A stretch of DNA of 64,000 bases from a virus. The position numbers were made by a program, and so were the translations under genes. The notes under the pieces are model-generated. The model did not search any database, was not told the DNA's origin, and was given only the letters and a program-made list of their open reading frames with translations. The DNA is taken from positions 5,755 to 69,754 of IMG/VR virus record IMGVR_UViG_3300036864_000108; one strand, written 5' to 3'. Positions 60,777 through 64,000 of this stretch are shown piece after piece. Each line of letters opens with the position of its first letter. The first letter of the stretch is position 1.

Positions 60777-62165
60777 CTACGACGCCTTCCCTGCAGGCAA
60801 TGCCGGCGGCTTCGACCCGTTCGGTAACGCCGCCGCGCCAGGTGGCTGCAACTGCACCGACACCAACCCGGAATGACGCAGAAGGGTCACGTCCTGCCCC
60901 TTCACCGCCGCGATCGCCGACTCCGGGGTGAACCCCTCCTTCACCAGCCCCCCCACAGTCGCCGCCTCAATCTGTGTGATCTCCGCGGCGTCCTTCGCGT
61001 CCTCCCGCAGCAGCGGGATATCCCCCACATCCGTCCACAGCTCGGCGTCCGCGGGAACGTTCACCAGCGGCGCCAGCGACGCCGCGATGTCCTGCAACGT
61101 CGGATACACCCATGTGTCCGCGAACATGCGCCGCGCCATCCCGAAATTACCGGCGTTCAGGCTCGACCCGGCCAAACCCTCCGAGATGCCGAGCAGCGGC
61201 GCCGGCACCCGCGACAAGACGGCGATGCGGGTCTCCCCAGCGCCCTGCGTCGCCTTGAAATCGAGCTGCTTCAAGTCAGAACCGACCACCGTCGCATCCG
61301 CCCCGGCCGTCAGATACAGGGTGCGGTACGCGTTCGACAGGCCGGTGTGCCGATCCTCCAGCATGTCCACGTACTTCGTGAACTCGTCAACGTTCATCGC
61401 CGGGATGCCCTTCACGACCATGTTGGCCGTGGCGCCGTTCTCGAAGAACTTCAGCTTGTGCTCGGTGGCCGCCCGGTCCCCCCGAATGTCCCGCACAGCC
61501 GGGGTGATCCACGACATGCCCAACACCGGGGACTCCGGGTCCGGCAACGGCGACCAGTGCGCCACCTCACCCGGCAACAAGGTTTGCGGCGGGTTCCCCG
61601 AGTGGAAACCACCGTTGACGTAGATGTAGCCGACCAGTTCCCGGTCCAACGCCCCCACCGGATCATCCGGGTCCAACTGCGACCCGTGAACAACCGCCGT
61701 CCAGTCCGGGCGCAGCACCCGCAACTGCCCGCCCCGCCGGGTCACGAACGCGTTCCCCGCCAACCCCGCGCACCACTCCATCCGGGCCAGCAGCTCACCC
61801 GTCGTCGCGTTCTCCCACGGCCGCTCCAAGATGCCCAACTCGGCCGTGCCGAACGTGCGTCGCGGCGTCTTCGGATGCCACGGCGGATTCCGGAACGTGA
61901 ACCGGGCCTGCGACAAGACAAGCGCCCTCACCATCTGCGCGGCGAACGCCGGCGGGCACGACCGCAACGCCGCCGAATAACCAGGCAGCGTCCCCGTGAT
62001 CTCCTGCGTACGAGTCCCCGCCAACGTCTGATTCAAACCCAGCGGATACGTGGTCCCGCCGAAACTGAACTGCGAGGGGATCAGATAGTCGGCGAGCCAC
62101 TGATCAACGCTGAACCGCTGCTCAACCTCACTGCGGCGGGTGATGCGACGGAGCAGACTTGCCAC
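60777..62165 (-). CDS. Portal protein
   Basis: L..P....T..EL......GNAF, LRPD, GMS, FF.NGA, RIA...RVP..LLG. Confidence 0.95.
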   Translation of the reverse strand: MASLLRRITRRSEVEQRFSVDQWLADYLIPSQFSFGGTTYPLGLNQTLAGTRTQEITGTLPGYSAALRSCPPAFAAQMVRALVLSQARFTFRNPPWHPKTPRRTFGTAELGILERPWENATTGELLARMEWCAGLAGNAFVTRRGGQLRVLRPDWTAVVHGSQLDPDDPVGALDRELVGYIYVNGGFHSGNPPQTLLPGEVAHWSPLPDPESPVLGMSWITPAVRDIRGDRAATEHKLKFFENGATANMVVKGIPAMNVDEFTKYVDMLEDRHTGLSNAYRTLYLTAGADATVVGSDLKQLDFKATQGAGETRIAVLSRVPAPLLGISEGLAGSSLNAGNFGMARRMFADTWVYPTLQDIAASLAPLVNVPADAELWTDVGDIPLLREDAKDAAEITQIEAATVGGLVKEGFTPESAIAAVKGQDVTLLRHSGLVSVQLQPPGAAALPNGSKPPALPAGKAS

Positions 62166-62307
62166 GCGGCGCCTCCCAGTCGATCAGCAACCCCGCCGCA
62201 AGGCACGCCACGCTGATCGGGAGCACCACCAGCGGTGGCCACACAAGCCACCCGAACACCGAAAGACCCACCACACCCGCCACGACCAGGACAGCGGCGA
62301 CGGTCAC
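62128..62307 (-). CDS. Small membrane protein between terminase and portal
   Basis: Manual translation MTVAAVLVVAGVVGLSVFGWLVWPPLVVLP... Confidence 0.55.
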   Translation of the reverse strand: MTVAAVLVVAGVVGLSVFGWLVWPPLVVLPISVACLAAGLLIDWEAPRGKSAPSHHPPQ

Positions 62308-62308
62308 G

Positions 62309-63760
62309 TCACCGGTACGCCGCGAAAAACGGCTGCCCAGTCAGATGCGCCCTGGTCGCATGCCCCCACGCCGCCAACGTCACAGCCTCCAACGGGGACA
62401 CATCAACCGGACCCTTACGCGCCCACGTCCACGCATCCCCCAACGGCCGCTTCTGCACCGCCGCCAACGCCCCCGACAACTCCGACTGGTCGTAATGCCG
62501 CACGTATGGCTCGTCACCCGCCACACCCGAGTAGAACTGGCCCGCCGCCTGCGCGACCTCCCGCATCGACGGTTTCACCAACTCCACCCCCGCCGCCTCC
62601 AAATCCGCGATCAGCCGGCCCGCAGGCCCACCCGGGTCCACCACGAACGCGCACGGCCCGTGAGCCTGCAACTCGACCGCTCGGTCCACCATCCACGACG
62701 TCCCCGGACGGTGATCCGCAACCTGGACCAGCAACTCCCCGCCACGGCGACCCGCCACAGCGATCGACCCGAACTCCGCGTCCGGCCACGCAACCGCCAA
62801 CGCGAACGCCACCGGCACGTCCGGGACACCCGCAGCGCCCGTGCGTGCCAGCCACGCCTTCTCCGGGATGATGTTCCACTCGTCGGCGATCTGGTCCTGC
62901 CACTGATTCAGATACGCCCGCCGGAACTCCCGCAGATCCATCGACTCCAACTCGGCGCGCATAGCCGCCTCAGGCTGCGTATGCCCAAGCGCCGGCATGC
63001 AATCCCACCACGTAGCCGGATCGACCGGATCAGCGTCCAACGGCGCCGACCACTCGAAATAGGCGACCGAACCGTCCAAATCCACGTCGCGGCGTGCCCG
63101 ACCCGCCTCGATCTTTCCCCACAAGTAAGCCGACTTTGTGCGGCTCCTGCCGGCAGTCGACACGACCCACAGTTGCGCACCCGGGCGGGTGATCATCGCC
63201 GGTCGCATCGCCTGCTCCAGCCGAGCGTCCTCCTGCGCGAACGCCTCGTCAATGACACCCAAGTCGATCGTGTTCCCGTGACCGGCCGTCTCCGTCGACG
63301 ACTCGATCCCGTAAATCGACCCGTTGTGCCAGACGATGCGTTCCTCACCCCGCTGGAACACCGGATCGAACATGCCGGACAGCGGAGACGCCTGCAACGT
63401 CGGGATGTGGTCGTACTGCCACTTCTCCCGGGCCGCCAAACGGGTCTGCGCCGTGTACGTCACCCGCTGCGCCGTGCCGAACCCCAACGACCGATGCACC
63501 ATCAGACACAAAACCTGGATGGTCTTCCCCGACTGGCGCGGCACCGTGACCACCACCTGGCGGTACACCAGATGCCCAGTATCCGGGTCCACCTCAAGAG
63601 CCACATCCAAGACGTGCTGCTGCCACGGCATCAGCCACTTACCCAGTAGCGCCGCCACCTCGCCGGCGCGGGGGCCAAGCGTTGGACGCTCCAGGCGCCT
63701 CGGAGTCCCCCACCGCGGAGGACAGGCGAGCGAGGAGCTCTGTAGCGCGACCGCCGTCAT
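62309..63760 (-). CDS. Terminase large subunit
   Basis: LMPWQ, VPRQSGKT (Walker A), GVIDEAF (Walker B), STAG, EWSA, PALG, F.R.YLN.W. Confidence 0.95.
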   Translation of the reverse strand: MTAVALQSSSLACPPRWGTPRRLERPTLGPRAGEVAALLGKWLMPWQQHVLDVALEVDPDTGHLVYRQVVVTVPRQSGKTIQVLCLMVHRSLGFGTAQRVTYTAQTRLAAREKWQYDHIPTLQASPLSGMFDPVFQRGEERIVWHNGSIYGIESSTETAGHGNTIDLGVIDEAFAQEDARLEQAMRPAMITRPGAQLWVVSTAGRSRTKSAYLWGKIEAGRARRDVDLDGSVAYFEWSAPLDADPVDPATWWDCMPALGHTQPEAAMRAELESMDLREFRRAYLNQWQDQIADEWNIIPEKAWLARTGAAGVPDVPVAFALAVAWPDAEFGSIAVAGRRGGELLVQVADHRPGTSWMVDRAVELQAHGPCAFVVDPGGPAGRLIADLEAAGVELVKPSMREVAQAAGQFYSGVAGDEPYVRHYDQSELSGALAAVQKRPLGDAWTWARKGPVDVSPLEAVTLAAWGHATRAHLTGQPFFAAYR

Positions 63761-63986
63761 CGCCCGCTCCCATCAACACCTGCAACGTCGCCCGCAACTC
63801 ACGCGCCACAGCAGCCGTCGCCATCCCCGCATCCTCATCAAGAGTCCGCGCGAGCCGGAACGCCAACTCGGCAAGCGACTGCTGGACACCGGCCTTGGTG
63901 TCGATCTGCCGGACATCCGCCCGGACCCTCCGCTCAATCGGCCCCTGCGATCTTGCTGCCACGCCGCCCCCCGGGGGTCCGAACAC
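63639..63986 (-). CDS. Terminase small subunit
   Basis: LA..LAR.LD.......AA.ARELRATL..L; upstream of terL; start uncertain. Confidence 0.7.
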   Translation of the reverse strand: MFGPPGGGVAARSQGPIERRVRADVRQIDTKAGVQQSLAELAFRLARTLDEDAGMATAAVARELRATLQVLMGAGDDGGRATELLARLSSAVGDSEAPGASNAWPPRRRGGGATG

Positions 63987-64000
63987 ACACGGCGGATGAC

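Noticed and set aside
58213-63649. Long plus-strand ORFs antisense to capsid, portal and terminase (also those opposite the integrase and tape measure)
   Set aside because: Shadow ORFs expected from high-GC codon bias; no recognisable motifs.
63960-64000. Possible cos/packaging site upstream of terS
   Set aside because: The window ends here and there is not enough sequence to define it.
1-64000. tRNA, rRNA, reverse transcriptase/DGR, intein or IS elements
   Set aside because: None recognised by eye; a tRNAscan/Infernal run would be needed to exclude small RNAs.

Overview
The whole window is one high-GC actinobacterial temperate siphophage, cut at both ends, with almost all genes on the minus strand. 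From the right end leftwards, the late genes are: terminase, portal, protease and HK97-type capsid; an unusually large (~18 kb) insertion between head and tail genes (glycosyl- and methyltransferases, three signal-peptide proteins, two parallel Thr/Gly/Ala-repeat fibre modules); neck, tail and tape measure genes; and a multi-enzyme lysis cassette with an inserted lsr2 and an HNH gene. A plus-strand island then carries a Streptomyces-type dsDNA conjugation module (DUF2637/Spd-like, TraB FtsK translocase, 8-bp repeat clt array, TraA-like). Further left are a large serine integrase, a cI/cro-type switch, and early genes (ParB and DGQHR pair, DNA methyltransferase, resolvase, secreted nuclease, DnaA-C-terminal-like protein, exonuclease, SSB-like, prim-pol, helicase). 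Phage genes continue on both sides of the integrase, so this looks like the excised or virion gene order. The strongest candidates for novelty are (1) a virion-encoding phage with an apparently intact TraB+clt conjugation system, (2) a split endolysin whose three subunits share an 'LxxAD(K/Q)xW(L/M)' helix, and (3) a duplicated modular fibre system next to an Ig-fused head-tail adaptor. All calls come from motif recognition by eye; no database searches were run.
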